Source of the DNA: Candidatus Marinacidobacterium sp.
GTDB lineage: Bacteria; Acidobacteriota; Vicinamibacteria; Marinacidobacterales; Marinacidobacteraceae
Reading direction: 5' to 3'
DNA: 64,000 nt
Assembly: GCA_965220965.1 (NCBI GenBank)
Contig: OZ244852.1
Coordinates: 1,632,001 to 1,696,000, forward strand
Below are positions 21,931-32,257 of the stretch, piece by piece. Both the position numbers and the translations under genes were made by a program. Each line of letters starts with the position of its first letter. Position 1 is the first letter of the stretch. A model generated the notes under the pieces. The model did no database searches. It saw only the letters and a program-made list of their open reading frames with translations, and was not told where the DNA came from.

Positions 21931-23097
21931 ATGACAAACACAAGCCGGGCGAAGACCTGCGAGGTCGCGATCGTCGGCGGGGGCGTGATGGGCGCCTCGA
22001 TCGCCGCCCACCTCGCCGAGCGTGGCGTCGGCCGGATTGTGGTCTTCGAGCGCGAGGAGGAGCTCGGGACCGGCTCCACCGCGAAGGCGGCCGGGGGGGT
22101 GCGGCTCCAGTTCACGACCCGGGCGAACGTGGAGCTGTCGCGCTACAGCATCGAGGAGATCCGGGGGTTCGAGGAGCGCACCGGGGTCGACGCGGACTTC
22201 ACCCAGGACGGTTACCTCTTCTTCCTCGACTCGGAGGTCGACCTCGACAAGTTCACCGAGACGGCCCGGCTGCAGCGGTCCCTGGGCGCCCCGGTGGAGG
22301 TGATCCCGGTCGAGGACGCGGCGCGCATCCTGCCGGGGATCCGCACCGACGACCTGGTGGGAGCGACGTTTTGCGCCGAGGACGGCGTCGCCACCCCGGC
22401 GGCGCTGGTCGCCGGGTATGCCGCGCTCGCCCGCCGAGGCGGCGTGGAGCTCCGGAAGGGGGCGGAAGTGACCGAGGCCGAGCCGCTCGCCACTGGCGGG
22501 TTCCGCTTCACCGCCGGCGGGGAGGCGTGGGAGGCGCCGTGGCTGGTGAACGCCGCCGGACCGTGGGCGCGGAGCGTCGGCGCGCTTCTGGGCGTCGATG
22601 TGCCGGTGGACCCGGTGCGAAGGCAGTTCTTCACGACGGAGCCGGTCGACTTCCTTCCCGAACGGATGCCGCTGGCGATCGACTGGGGCACGGGGGTCTA
22701 CCTCCACAGGCACAGCGGCGGCGTGCTCTCCGGGGCGGCGGACCCCGACGAGCCGCCGGGGTTCTCGCAGACCCCCGACCTGGATTTCCTCGGGCGCGTC
22801 TGGGAGCAGGGGGCGAGGCGGTTCCCGCCGCTCGGCCAGGCCGAACTGAAGACGCTGAACGCCGGGCTCTACGCCATTTCCCCGGACCACAACGCCATCC
22901 TCGGACCGGTTCCGGACCGCCCCGGGTTCCTGCTCGCCTGCGGCTTCTCCGGGCACGGGATGCAGCACGCCCCGGCGGTGGGCCGAGCCCTCGCGGAGAC
23001 CGTCGCGGACGGCGCGTCGCGCACCCTCGACATCTCGGCCTTCGCCATCGCCCGCTTCGGCCAGGACGCCCCCGAGCCCGAGGCCCGGGTGATCTGA
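21931..23097 (+). CDS. FAD-dependent oxidoreductase (DAO / sarcosine oxidase beta family)
   Basis: IVGGGVMG, GSTAKAAGG, VNAAGPW, SPDHNAILG, GFSGHGMQHAPAVG. Confidence 0.9.
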   Translation: MTNTSRAKTCEVAIVGGGVMGASIAAHLAERGVGRIVVFEREEELGTGSTAKAAGGVRLQFTTRANVELSRYSIEEIRGFEERTGVDADFTQDGYLFFLDSEVDLDKFTETARLQRSLGAPVEVIPVEDAARILPGIRTDDLVGATFCAEDGVATPAALVAGYAALARRGGVELRKGAEVTEAEPLATGGFRFTAGGEAWEAPWLVNAAGPWARSVGALLGVDVPVDPVRRQFFTTEPVDFLPERMPLAIDWGTGVYLHRHSGGVLSGAADPDEPPGFSQTPDLDFLGRVWEQGARRFPPLGQAELKTLNAGLYAISPDHNAILGPVPDRPGFLLACGFSGHGMQHAPAVGRALAETVADGASRTLDISAFAIARFGQDAPEPEARVI

Positions 23098-23150
23098 CGC
23101 CTCAGCACGACAAACACCCGACGCCGTGGCGCGCGGGTCCCGCTGGGAGC

Positions 23151-23225
23151 TGGTGCGCGGTACAGGGATCGAACCTGTGACAGCCTGCGTGTAAGGCAGG
23201 CGCTCTACCGCTGAGCTAACCGCGC
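23151..23225 (-). tRNA. tRNA-Val(TAC)
   Basis: Reverse complement GCGCGGTTAGCTCAGCGGTAGAGCGCCTGCCTTACACGCAGGCTGTCACAGGTTCGATCCCTGTACCGCGCACCA; cloverleaf, TAC anticodon, encoded CCA. Confidence 0.97.
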
Positions 23226-23335
23226 GCCCCCCGGATTCTCGCAGGGAGGGTTGCGCCGGGACGGCCCTCACCGGCTGGCCGGACTCTCCCCCGGCGCCCC
23301 GGAACCGAACCCTCCCGGGCTTCGTATTACCCGCC

Positions 23336-24487
23336 ATGAATCGAGCAAGGCCGCGCAAGCGGCTCGCAGTGTGGGTCGTCGGGGTCCTCGCCCTGACGGT
23401 GGCGGTGGTCCTGGCGGTCGGGATGACCTCGCGGTCGGCGAACGCGCCCGAGGCGCAGGCCACGACCGGTGAGACCGCCGCCGAACCGTCCGCGACGCCG
23501 GTGAGCGTCGCGGCGGCGCGGCGGGGACCGGTGGCGGTCCATCTGGCCACGACCTCGGCGGTCGAGGCCGAGCGGACCGCGAAGGTGCTATCCCGCACCT
23601 CGGGCGTCCTGACGGGCGTTCTGGTGCGGGAGGGCGACACGGTCGCCGCCGGCCAGGTGCTCGCCCGGGTGGACCCGAGGGAACGCGAGCTGGCGCTCGA
23701 ACAGGCCGAGCTGCGCCTCGCGCGGGCCGAAGCCGAACTCACGCGGCAGACCCGCGCCTTCGAGGCCGAACTCGTCTCCGAGTACGACTACGACAAGGCC
23801 CAGTTCGACCGCGACCTCGCCGCCTCGGAGCGGGAGACCGCGCGCCTGGAGCTGGAGCACACCACGATCCGCGCCCCGTTCGCCGGGACGGTCACCGAGC
23901 TGCTTCTGGTCGCCGGCGCCCACCTGGACCCGGCCCAGCACCTGCTGACGCTCGCCGACTTCAGCACGCTCATCGCACGGGTCCACGTCCCCGAACGCGA
24001 TGTGGCGGGGCTGGCGCCCGGGCAGTCCGCGGTCGTGCGCCCCGAGTCCAGCGCGGGAACCGGGCTCTCCGGACGCATCCGGGAGATCAGCCCGGTGGTG
24101 GACGCGGCGACCGGGACGGTGAAGGTCACGGTGTCGCTTCCCGGCCCCGGACGCGCCGGACCCGACGGCGTCGCCGTCCGGCCGGGGTCGTTCGCCCGGG
24201 TGATCATCGAGACCGGACGGCGCGATGACGCGATCCTCGCCCCGAAGCGGGCGGTGGTCCAGGCCGATGGCGCCGCGCACGTCTTCGTCGTCGAGGACGG
24301 CCGGGCGGTGCGCCACGCGGTGGCGCTCGGGGTGGAGACGCAGGGTCCGGAGGGCGCGCTCGTGGAGCTCCGGAACGCCGACGGCGAGGGGATCCTCCCG
24401 GGGACCCTGCTCGTGGTGGCCGGGATGGGCTCGCTGAACCAGGGCGATCCGGTCGAGGTTCTCGACCCGGCCCGCTCCGCCGGCTGA
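23336..24487 (+). CDS. RND efflux periplasmic adaptor (MFP)
   Basis: N-terminal TM; VREGDTVAAGQVLA, TIRAPFAG, ISPVVDAATGT. Confidence 0.93.
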   Translation: MNRARPRKRLAVWVVGVLALTVAVVLAVGMTSRSANAPEAQATTGETAAEPSATPVSVAAARRGPVAVHLATTSAVEAERTAKVLSRTSGVLTGVLVREGDTVAAGQVLARVDPRERELALEQAELRLARAEAELTRQTRAFEAELVSEYDYDKAQFDRDLAASERETARLELEHTTIRAPFAGTVTELLLVAGAHLDPAQHLLTLADFSTLIARVHVPERDVAGLAPGQSAVVRPESSAGTGLSGRIREISPVVDAATGTVKVTVSLPGPGRAGPDGVAVRPGSFARVIIETGRRDDAILAPKRAVVQADGAAHVFVVEDGRAVRHAVALGVETQGPEGALVELRNADGEGILPGTLLVVAGMGSLNQGDPVEVLDPARSAG

Positions 24488-24554
24488 TCCGCCCCTAAAC
24501 CATGCCGCAGCGTCGGATGCCCGGCCCGAAGTACGCCCTCCGCGAGGTTTCGTC

Positions 24555-27500
24555 ATGAAGAGCTGGATCGCCGGCTGCATCCGCCGTCCGGTGAGCGTTT
24601 CGATGTTCACGGTGGCGGCCTGCGTCTTCGGAGTCGTGGCGCTGTCCCGGCTCCCCGTGAATCTCCTCCCGGAGATCTCCTACCCGACGCTCACCGTCGA
24701 GACCCGGATGCCGGGGGCCGCGCCGATCGAGGTCGAGACGCTGGTCACCCGTCCGATCGAGGAGTCCGCCTCGGTCACCCCCGGACTCCGGCGGGTGACC
24801 TCCCGCTCGCGCGCCGGCGTCTCCGAGGTCACCCTCGAGTTCGTCTGGGACACGAACATGGACTTCGCCGGACTCGATGTCCGGGAGAAGGTGGACTCGG
24901 TGATCCTGCCGGAGGACGCGGAGCGACCCCGCGTGCTCCGCTTCGATCCCTCGACCGACGCGATCCTCCGCCTCGGGGTCTCGGGCGAACTCCCGCTCTC
25001 CGAGTTGCGGGAGTGGACCGAAGAGGACCTGAAGAAGGACCTCGATTCGGTGGAGGGGGTGGCCGCGGTCCGGATCGAGGGCGGTCTCGTCCGCGAGATC
25101 CAGGTCGATGTCGACCAGGGCCGCCTCGCCGCCTACGGCATCCGCGTGAGCGACGTCTCGGCGGCGCTCGCCGCGGCCAACGTGAACGTCGCCGGCGGCA
25201 GCGTCTACGAGGACGAGGCGCGCTACCTGGTCCGGACGCTGAACGAACTGGACACCCTCGACCGGATCGGCGCGGTGATCCTCAAGGACACCGGCGGCCG
25301 CCGGGTCCGCGTCCGCGACGTGGCGGAGGTGCGCGCCGGGTTCCAGGAGCAGGAGGTGATCCTGCGGAACGGCGGCGACGAGGGCGTCGAGGTCCGCATC
25401 TTCAAGGAAGGGGACGCCAACACCGTCCAGGTGGCGGAGGCGGTGCGGGAACGCCTCGAAGCGGTCGAGGAGGAGACGCCCGAGGGCGTCTCGCTGGCCG
25501 TCCTCTTCGACCAGTCCCGGTTCATCGAGGAGGCGATCTCGGAGGTCGTCACGAACGCCTGGCAGGGCGGCCTGCTCGCCATCCTGGTCATCGGGCTGTT
25601 CCTGCGCGACCGGAGAGCCACCAGCGTGGTCGCGCTGGCGATCCCGGTCTCGGTGATCGCGACCTTCTTCGTGATGGGGCAGATGGGGCTGTCGCTCAAC
25701 ATCATGTCGCTCGGCGGGCTCGCGCTCGGGGTGGGCATGCTGCTCGACGACTCGATCGTCGTGCTCGAGGCGATCCACCGCCGGAGGGCCGCCGGGGAAG
25801 AGCCCACCGGCGCCGCGGTCGCCGGGACCGCCGAAGTCGCCGCGCCGGTCATCGCCTCGACCCTCACCACGGTCGCGGTCTTCCTCCCCATCGTCTTCGT
25901 CGAGGGCGTCGCCGGGCAGCTCTTCCGCGACCAGGCGCTCACCGTCTCGATCTCGATCCTCGCCTCGCTCGGGTTCTCGCTGGCGCTCATCCCGGTTCTC
26001 GCGGCGCGCGGAGGCGGCGCCCCCGCTTCCCCGGCCGCCGACGGCAGGCCGGGGTTCGGCGTCCGGTTGCTGCGGGGCGGACGGAGCGGCTTCCGCGCTC
26101 TCGGACGGGCGGTCGCCTTCCCGTTCCGTCCGCTGTTTTCGGGCTTCACCGCGGCGGAGAACGCGCTGGCGCGCGCCTACCCCCCGGTGGTCCGCGGCGC
26201 GCTGCGGCATCCGGCCCTCGTGTTCCTGCTGGCCACCGGACTGCTGGGCGGCACGGCGTTCCTCGGCTGGCGCGCCGTCGGCGTCGAGCTGATCCCCCAG
26301 CTTTCCCAGGGCGAGTTCCATTTCGACATCCACCTGCCCGAGGGGTCCGCGGTGACCGCGACCGACCGGGTGGCCGCCGAGGTGGCGGAAGCCGCCGAAG
26401 CCCGCTCCGGCGTTCTGCGCGTGACGACCGAAGCCGGCGCCGTCTCCGGAGGAGGGCTCGGCGGAGGCTCGGGCCGCGCCGAACACCGCGGCCGGATCTC
26501 GGTCGCCATGGAGGCGCGCGACGACGCAGGCGCCGAGGCGGCGGTCATCGAGGCGGTCCGGAACGAACTCGCCGCGCGACCCGGCCTGCGCTACGAGTTC
26601 GGACGACCCTCCTACCTCAGCTTCCGCCAGCCGGTGGAAGTCGAGGTCTATTCGGAGGACCCCGATCTTCTGGAACCTGGCGCCCGGCGGGTCCGGGACG
26701 CGGTCGCCGCGGTCTCCGGCCTCGCCGATGTCCGCTCGACCGCCGAGGCCGGGAGCCCCGAGATCCGGGTGCGCTTCGCGCCCGACCGGCTGGCGGCGAT
26801 GGGCCTTTCGGTGGATCAGGCCTCGGGGGCGCTCCGCGCCCGGCTCCGGGGCGAGGTCGCCACCCGCCTCGATGAAGGGAACCGCCGGATCGAGGTCGTG
26901 GTCCGCGGAGAGGACGACCTGCGTTCCCGGGCGGCTGCGGTTCCCGAGCTGATCGTCCATGCCGAGGACGCCCGGCCGGTGCCGCTGCGGGCGCTCGGGG
27001 AAGCCGAAGTGGGACGCGGCCCCGCCGAACTCCGGCGGGTCGGGCAGCGCCCGGCGGTCGTGATCTCGGGCAACCTCGAAGGGACGGATCTCGGGACCGC
27101 CACCGAGGCGATCACCGAGCGGGTCGCGGGGCTCGGCCTTCCCCAGGGGGTGAGCACCCGGTTCGGCGGCCAGCGCGCCGAGATGGAGCGGTCTTTCGCC
27201 AGCCTCGCGCTCGCCATCGGGCTCGCGATCTTCCTCGTCTACTTCGTGATGGCCAGCCAGTTCGAGTCGCTGCTCCACCCGTTCCTCATCCTGTTCACGA
27301 TCCCGCTGGGGGCGATCGGGGTGATCTGGGCGCTGCTCCTGACCGGCTCGAACCTGAGCGTGATCGTTCTCATCGGGGTCGTGATGCTCGCCGGGATCGT
27401 GGTCAAGAACGCCATCGTGCTGGTCGACTGCATCAACCGCCTGCGGCGGGAGGGGATGGAGAAGACCGAGGCGATCGTGGCCGCCGGACGCATCCGGCTT

Positions 27501-27695
27501 CGCCCGATCCTGATGACGACGCTGACCACGATCCTTGGACTCACCCCGATGGCGCTCGGCCTCGGCGAGGGCGCGGAGATCCGCGGACCGATGGCGGTCA
27601 CCGTCATCGGCGGCCTGCTGGTCTCCACCCTGCTGACGCTGGTGGTGATCCCCACCGCCTACCAGGTCTTCGACCGCAAGCGGTTCGTCCGGTGA
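24555..27695 (+). CDS. RND efflux permease (AcrB/SwrC-like), subunit 1
   Basis: LLPEISYP, GMLLDDSIVVLE, GIVVKNAIVLVD, RLRPILMT; 1046 aa. Confidence 0.95.
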   Translation: MKSWIAGCIRRPVSVSMFTVAACVFGVVALSRLPVNLLPEISYPTLTVETRMPGAAPIEVETLVTRPIEESASVTPGLRRVTSRSRAGVSEVTLEFVWDTNMDFAGLDVREKVDSVILPEDAERPRVLRFDPSTDAILRLGVSGELPLSELREWTEEDLKKDLDSVEGVAAVRIEGGLVREIQVDVDQGRLAAYGIRVSDVSAALAAANVNVAGGSVYEDEARYLVRTLNELDTLDRIGAVILKDTGGRRVRVRDVAEVRAGFQEQEVILRNGGDEGVEVRIFKEGDANTVQVAEAVRERLEAVEEETPEGVSLAVLFDQSRFIEEAISEVVTNAWQGGLLAILVIGLFLRDRRATSVVALAIPVSVIATFFVMGQMGLSLNIMSLGGLALGVGMLLDDSIVVLEAIHRRRAAGEEPTGAAVAGTAEVAAPVIASTLTTVAVFLPIVFVEGVAGQLFRDQALTVSISILASLGFSLALIPVLAARGGGAPASPAADGRPGFGVRLLRGGRSGFRALGRAVAFPFRPLFSGFTAAENALARAYPPVVRGALRHPALVFLLATGLLGGTAFLGWRAVGVELIPQLSQGEFHFDIHLPEGSAVTATDRVAAEVAEAAEARSGVLRVTTEAGAVSGGGLGGGSGRAEHRGRISVAMEARDDAGAEAAVIEAVRNELAARPGLRYEFGRPSYLSFRQPVEVEVYSEDPDLLEPGARRVRDAVAAVSGLADVRSTAEAGSPEIRVRFAPDRLAAMGLSVDQASGALRARLRGEVATRLDEGNRRIEVVVRGEDDLRSRAAAVPELIVHAEDARPVPLRALGEAEVGRGPAELRRVGQRPAVVISGNLEGTDLGTATEAITERVAGLGLPQGVSTRFGGQRAEMERSFASLALAIGLAIFLVYFVMASQFESLLHPFLILFTIPLGAIGVIWALLLTGSNLSVIVLIGVVMLAGIVVKNAIVLVDCINRLRREGMEKTEAIVAAGRIRLRPILMTTLTTILGLTPMALGLGEGAEIRGPMAVTVIGGLLVSTLLTLVVIPTAYQVFDRKRFVR

Positions 27696-30600
27696 GCCTT
27701 CCCCGCCTCGCGGTCAACCGGCCGGTCACGACCGCGATGGTGCTGCTCAGCACGCTGGTGCTGGGCGCGATCTCGCTGAACCGGATCCCGCTGGCGTTCC
27801 TGCCCGAGGTCGACTTCCCCGGGGTCTTCGTCACCGTTCCCTACCAGAACGCGAGCCCCAGCCAGATCGAGCGCGAGATCGTCCAGCCACTCGAAGAGGC
27901 GCTCGCCACGATCCCCGGCGCCCGCAGGATCCGTTCGACCGCCGAGGCCGACTCGGCCAGCCTGCAGCTCGAGTTCACCTGGGGCGAGAGCGTGGATGTG
28001 GCGCGGGCCAAGGTCTTCGAGGCGGTGGAGGACGCCCGTCCCGAGCTTCCCGAGGATGTCCGCGACATCTTCGTGAACACCTTCTCCACGAACGAGATCC
28101 CGATCGTGGAGGCGCGCATTTCGGCGCCCGGGCTCGACCTGTCGGCGAACTACGAGCGGCTCGACCGGCGGATCGCGGACCCGATCCGGCGGATCCCCGG
28201 CGTCGCGCGGGTGGACCTGAACGGGGTCGAGCCCCGCGAAGTGCGGATCAATCTCCGCGCCGACCGGATCGCCGCGCACCGGGTGGACCTCGGCCAGGTC
28301 GCCGACCGCGTCCAGAACATGAACCGGAACCTCTCGCTGGGCCGGATCCGCGCCGAGGGCGAAGTCACCCCGGTGCGGGGGTTCGGGGCGCTTTCGGCGG
28401 TCGATGAGATCGGGTCGCTGCCGCTGAACGAGGACGGGCTGCGGATCGGCGACATCGCCGATGTCACCTGGCGGGAACCGCCCATCCCGTTCGGGCGGCG
28501 GCTGAACGACGACGCCGCGGTGGCGCTGACGGTCTTCAAGGCGGCCGAAGCGAACGCGGTGGATGTAGCGACCGCGGTCGTAGACGAGATCGAAACCGAA
28601 ATCGCCGCCGATCCGGCGCTCGCCGGGATCACCCTGTTCGTCTGGGACGACCAGGCGGCGGCGATCACCGCCGGGCTCGCCGGGATCCGCACCGAGGGGC
28701 TGCTGGGCGCGCTGCTGGCGGTCTTCGTGCTCTTCCTGTTCCTCCGCCGGGTGGACTCCACCACGATCGTGAGCCTCACGATCCCGATGTCCATCATCGC
28801 GACCGCGACGATCCTCTACTTCACCGGAAGGACCCTCAACGTCCTGTCGATGATGGGGATGATGCTCGGGATCGGGCTGCTGGTGGACGACGCCATCGTG
28901 GTCCTCGAGTCGGTCGTCCGCGAACACGCCCGGGGCCTTCCGGCGAAGGCGGCCGCCATCGTGGGGAGCCGCGCGGTGTCCGGCGCGGTGATCGCCTCCA
29001 CCGTGACCACGGCGGTCGTCTTCCTGCCGACGGTGCTCGGGACGAAGAACGAGATGACGATCTGGCTCGGGGAGATCGGTCTGGCGATCTCGCTGACGAT
29101 CTTCTGCTCGCTGTTCATCTCGCTGACCCTGATCCCGCTGGTCAGTTCGCGCCTGCTGGCGCGGCGCGCGTCGGTTCCCCCCGCCTGGACCGAACGCCTG
29201 GGGGCCGCCTACCAGCGGGCGCTGCGGTTCACGCTCCGGCGGCGCTGGATCACCGCCGGGATCGCCGCGGCGTTCCTGGTCACCGCGCTCGCGCCGTTCT
29301 TCCTCGGCCTCTCGACCGCGATGTTCGCGGGGGTGAACCGGAACCGGATCTTCCTCTCCTACGAGTTCGCCGACTTCCACTACAAGGAGGACTCGGAACG
29401 CGCGGTGATCGCGGTGGAGCGCGAGATCGCGGATCTCGCCGACCGGCTCGACGTGGAGTCGGTCTACAGCTACTTCGGCGAGAACGAAGCCCAGACGGTG
29501 ATCTCGCTGGGCGCCGACCACATCAGCGACGAGGAGGGCAAGGAGCTTCGCGAGGAGATCCGCGCGGCGCTGCCGCCGCTGCCCGGCGTCCGGATCGTCT
29601 TCGGGGACGACGACCAGGAGACCGGCGGCGAGAGCCTGTTCTTCCGGGTCCGCTTCTACGGGGAGGACTCGGAGCGCTTCCCGGAGCTTCTCGCCCGGGC
29701 GGAAGACCGGCTGGAAGCCATCGACGGCGTCACCGACATCCGCAGCCAGCAGGACAACGTGCGCCGGGAAGTCGTGGTGCGGCCCCGCACCGAAGCGGCC
29801 GCGCGGGCCGGGGTGACGGCGCGCGATCTGTCCGAGATCTTCGGGTTCAGCCTCGGGGGACGCCCGCTCCGGCGCTTTCAGACGGCGGACCGGGAGACCG
29901 AAGTGCTCCTCACGATGTCGCAGCAGGACATCTCCCGGGTGGAGGACCTCCGGAGCTTCACGCTGCTGGACGACGACGGCGCGCCGATGCGGCTCGGCGA
30001 CCTCGCCGACTTCGAGATCGTGGAGCGCCCGCGGGCGATCCAGCGGGTCGACCGGCGGGTGGTGAGCACGCTGCGCGCCGCCTACGAGGGCGACGCCTGG
30101 GAATCCACCCGCGAACAAATCGAGCAGGACATGGACGCGCTCGAGCTGCCCGAGGGATTCTCGTGGTCCTTCGGCGACCGGATCGCCCAGCAGGACCGGG
30201 ATCTCCAGACGATGCTCCTGAACTACCTGCTGGCGCTCATGCTGATCTACATCGTGATGGCGGCGCAGTTCGAGTCGCTGATCCACCCGCTGGCGATCCT
30301 CATCTCGATCCCCTACGCGGTCTGGGGCGCCGCCTGGCTCCTGCTGCTCACCGACAGCCCGTTCAATCTGATGGCCCAGATCGGACTGCTGATCCTGATG
30401 GGGATCGTGGTCAAGAACGGCATCGTGCTGATCGACCACGTGAACCGGCTGCGCCGGGAGGGTATGGAGCGCACCGAAGCGCTCGTCGTCGGAGGCCGCG
30501 ACCGCCTCCGCCCGATCCTGATGACCGCCGCCGCCACCATGCTGGCGCTCGTGCCGATGGCGGTCGGACGCACCGGTCTCGACGGGCTCTACTACTTCCC

Positions 30601-30781
30601 GCTGGCGCGCACGGTGATCGGCGGGCTCGCCGCCTCGACCGTCCTGACGCTGCTCATCCTGCCGTTCTTCTACACGCTACTCGACGACCTCGCGACGAAG
30701 GCGCGCAAGGCCTGGCGAGCGAGTGAAGCGCCGGCGCCCGAGCGAACGCCGGCGCCGGACGCGGCGCCCGCCCGGGTCTGA
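27692..30781 (+). CDS. RND efflux permease (AcrB/SwrC-like), subunit 2
   Basis: GTGA overlap; GLLVDDAIVVLE, GIVVKNGIVLID, RLRPILMT; 1029 aa. Confidence 0.95.
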   Translation: MSLPRLAVNRPVTTAMVLLSTLVLGAISLNRIPLAFLPEVDFPGVFVTVPYQNASPSQIEREIVQPLEEALATIPGARRIRSTAEADSASLQLEFTWGESVDVARAKVFEAVEDARPELPEDVRDIFVNTFSTNEIPIVEARISAPGLDLSANYERLDRRIADPIRRIPGVARVDLNGVEPREVRINLRADRIAAHRVDLGQVADRVQNMNRNLSLGRIRAEGEVTPVRGFGALSAVDEIGSLPLNEDGLRIGDIADVTWREPPIPFGRRLNDDAAVALTVFKAAEANAVDVATAVVDEIETEIAADPALAGITLFVWDDQAAAITAGLAGIRTEGLLGALLAVFVLFLFLRRVDSTTIVSLTIPMSIIATATILYFTGRTLNVLSMMGMMLGIGLLVDDAIVVLESVVREHARGLPAKAAAIVGSRAVSGAVIASTVTTAVVFLPTVLGTKNEMTIWLGEIGLAISLTIFCSLFISLTLIPLVSSRLLARRASVPPAWTERLGAAYQRALRFTLRRRWITAGIAAAFLVTALAPFFLGLSTAMFAGVNRNRIFLSYEFADFHYKEDSERAVIAVEREIADLADRLDVESVYSYFGENEAQTVISLGADHISDEEGKELREEIRAALPPLPGVRIVFGDDDQETGGESLFFRVRFYGEDSERFPELLARAEDRLEAIDGVTDIRSQQDNVRREVVVRPRTEAAARAGVTARDLSEIFGFSLGGRPLRRFQTADRETEVLLTMSQQDISRVEDLRSFTLLDDDGAPMRLGDLADFEIVERPRAIQRVDRRVVSTLRAAYEGDAWESTREQIEQDMDALELPEGFSWSFGDRIAQQDRDLQTMLLNYLLALMLIYIVMAAQFESLIHPLAILISIPYAVWGAAWLLLLTDSPFNLMAQIGLLILMGIVVKNGIVLIDHVNRLRREGMERTEALVVGGRDRLRPILMTAAATMLALVPMAVGRTGLDGLYYFPLARTVIGGLAASTVLTLLILPFFYTLLDDLATKARKAWRASEAPAPERTPAPDAAPARV

Positions 30782-30915
30782 ATTGGCGGCCTCGTCGCGG
30801 CCATTTGCGGTCCCGGCGCGGTGGTACGCTCCGGTCGCTTCTGGCCGTTTCCTGCCTCTTCTTCTGGCGACCGTCGGTCTCGTTGCCCCTCTGAACTGCA
30901 AGTCTGCTTTCCCTC

Positions 30916-32244
30916 ATGGCGCGCGTTACTGAACTCATCTTGAGGGATGTCCGCTGCTTCCAGGACCTTCAGCGCGCCCGCGTGCGGCCTATCACTCTGC
31001 TGGTAGGCGAAAACAGCACCGGGAAGACGAGCTTTCTGGCGAGCTACTACGCCTTCCGTCGCATGCTGCGGGCGCCTTTTGGCGCAGCGCATCCCGATTT
31101 CAACATAGAGCCCTTCTCGATGGGTTCTTTCCGGGACATCGTGCGCTCTCGCCTCGGGCCCAAGGGACTCCTCGACACATTTCAGATCGGCATTCAAGTC
31201 ACCCGAGACCAGGCGCAGTCACGATACGACGTACTCGCCACTTTCGACGAACAGAGTTCTCAGCCACGGCTCGCCTCCTTGGTCTACTCAGTTGAGAATA
31301 CCGGTCAACTCTCGTTGCGCAGCGACCTCAATGGACGCACGCGCGTGTCGGTGGGTAATGATGAGGTCACACTCCCTGAACCGATGGACATCCTGTCACT
31401 CGCCCGCCAGATCTCGTACGGGATACGCGATCTACCGAGCACTCTCCCCGACATGGAGCGCCTAGTGCAGTTTCTTGAGTCCCGATCACAGAAGGGGAGC
31501 CGTAGCCCTACTAGCAAACTTCTCTTCCCCGATTTGCCACGATTGGCCGCTATCGCTCCACTCCGCGCGAAACCACGCCGCACGTACGACCCGATCCAGG
31601 AGGCGAGGACGCCGGCGGGTGCTCACGTTCCCATGTTGATGATGCGGCTCGCCCGCGCCGAAGGCGAACGGTGGGCAAGCCTCCGCCGGGCCCTCGTCAA
31701 GTTCGGTGAGGATTCGGGCCTGTTCTCTGATATCAGGGTCAAGACGCACGGCAAACAGATGGGCGACCCCTTCCAGCTCCAGGTCAAAGTGCACTCGGGA
31801 TCCCATGCGAACCTCATGGACGTGGGCTACGGCGTCAGCCAGAGTCTTCCCATTCTCGTGGAGCTCGTCGCCGCCGAGCTGGAGAAGAGCCCAAGGGCTA
31901 GGCCAGCGCCCTCGCAGTTCCTTCTGCAGCAGCCCGAGGTGCATCTCCACCCACGCGCCCAGGCGGAGCTCGCCAGCTTTCTGGTGCATTCCGTCACGCA
32001 CAGAAAGCACTCGTTCCTGGTCGAAACACACAGCGACTTCATCCTGGACCGCGTGCGAATCTGTGTGCGTAGAGGTGAGATTTCGCCGGATGACGTCTCC
32101 ATCCTTTTCTTTGAGCCGAGAAGGAACGCTGTTGCTGTGAACAACCTGACGCTCGACCCTGAGGGCAACATCCGGGACGCGCCGGCCGGTTACCGGGACT
32201 TCTTCCTTCGGGAGACGGACACCCTTCTCGGGTTCGTGAATTGA
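30916..32244 (+). CDS. ABC-type AAA ATPase (AAA_15/AAA_21, DUF3696-like) with atypical Walker B
   Basis: Walker A LLVGENSTGKTS, signature LMDVGYGVSQSLP, Walker B region FLLQQPEVHLHP, H-loop FLVETHSD, C-terminal DPEGNIRDAPAGYRDFF; visibly more A/T-ending codons than flanks. Confidence 0.85.
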   Translation: MARVTELILRDVRCFQDLQRARVRPITLLVGENSTGKTSFLASYYAFRRMLRAPFGAAHPDFNIEPFSMGSFRDIVRSRLGPKGLLDTFQIGIQVTRDQAQSRYDVLATFDEQSSQPRLASLVYSVENTGQLSLRSDLNGRTRVSVGNDEVTLPEPMDILSLARQISYGIRDLPSTLPDMERLVQFLESRSQKGSRSPTSKLLFPDLPRLAAIAPLRAKPRRTYDPIQEARTPAGAHVPMLMMRLARAEGERWASLRRALVKFGEDSGLFSDIRVKTHGKQMGDPFQLQVKVHSGSHANLMDVGYGVSQSLPILVELVAAELEKSPRARPAPSQFLLQQPEVHLHPRAQAELASFLVHSVTHRKHSFLVETHSDFILDRVRICVRRGEISPDDVSILFFEPRRNAVAVNNLTLDPEGNIRDAPAGYRDFFLRETDTLLGFVN

Positions 32245-32257
32245 GAGGCGGCTCGCC

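Noticed and set aside
21933-23117. GACAAACAC repeated at both ends of the FAD oxidoreductase next to tRNA-Val (possible att sites)
   Set aside because: Only 9 bp, does not match the tRNA 3' end, no integrase, and gene composition is host-like
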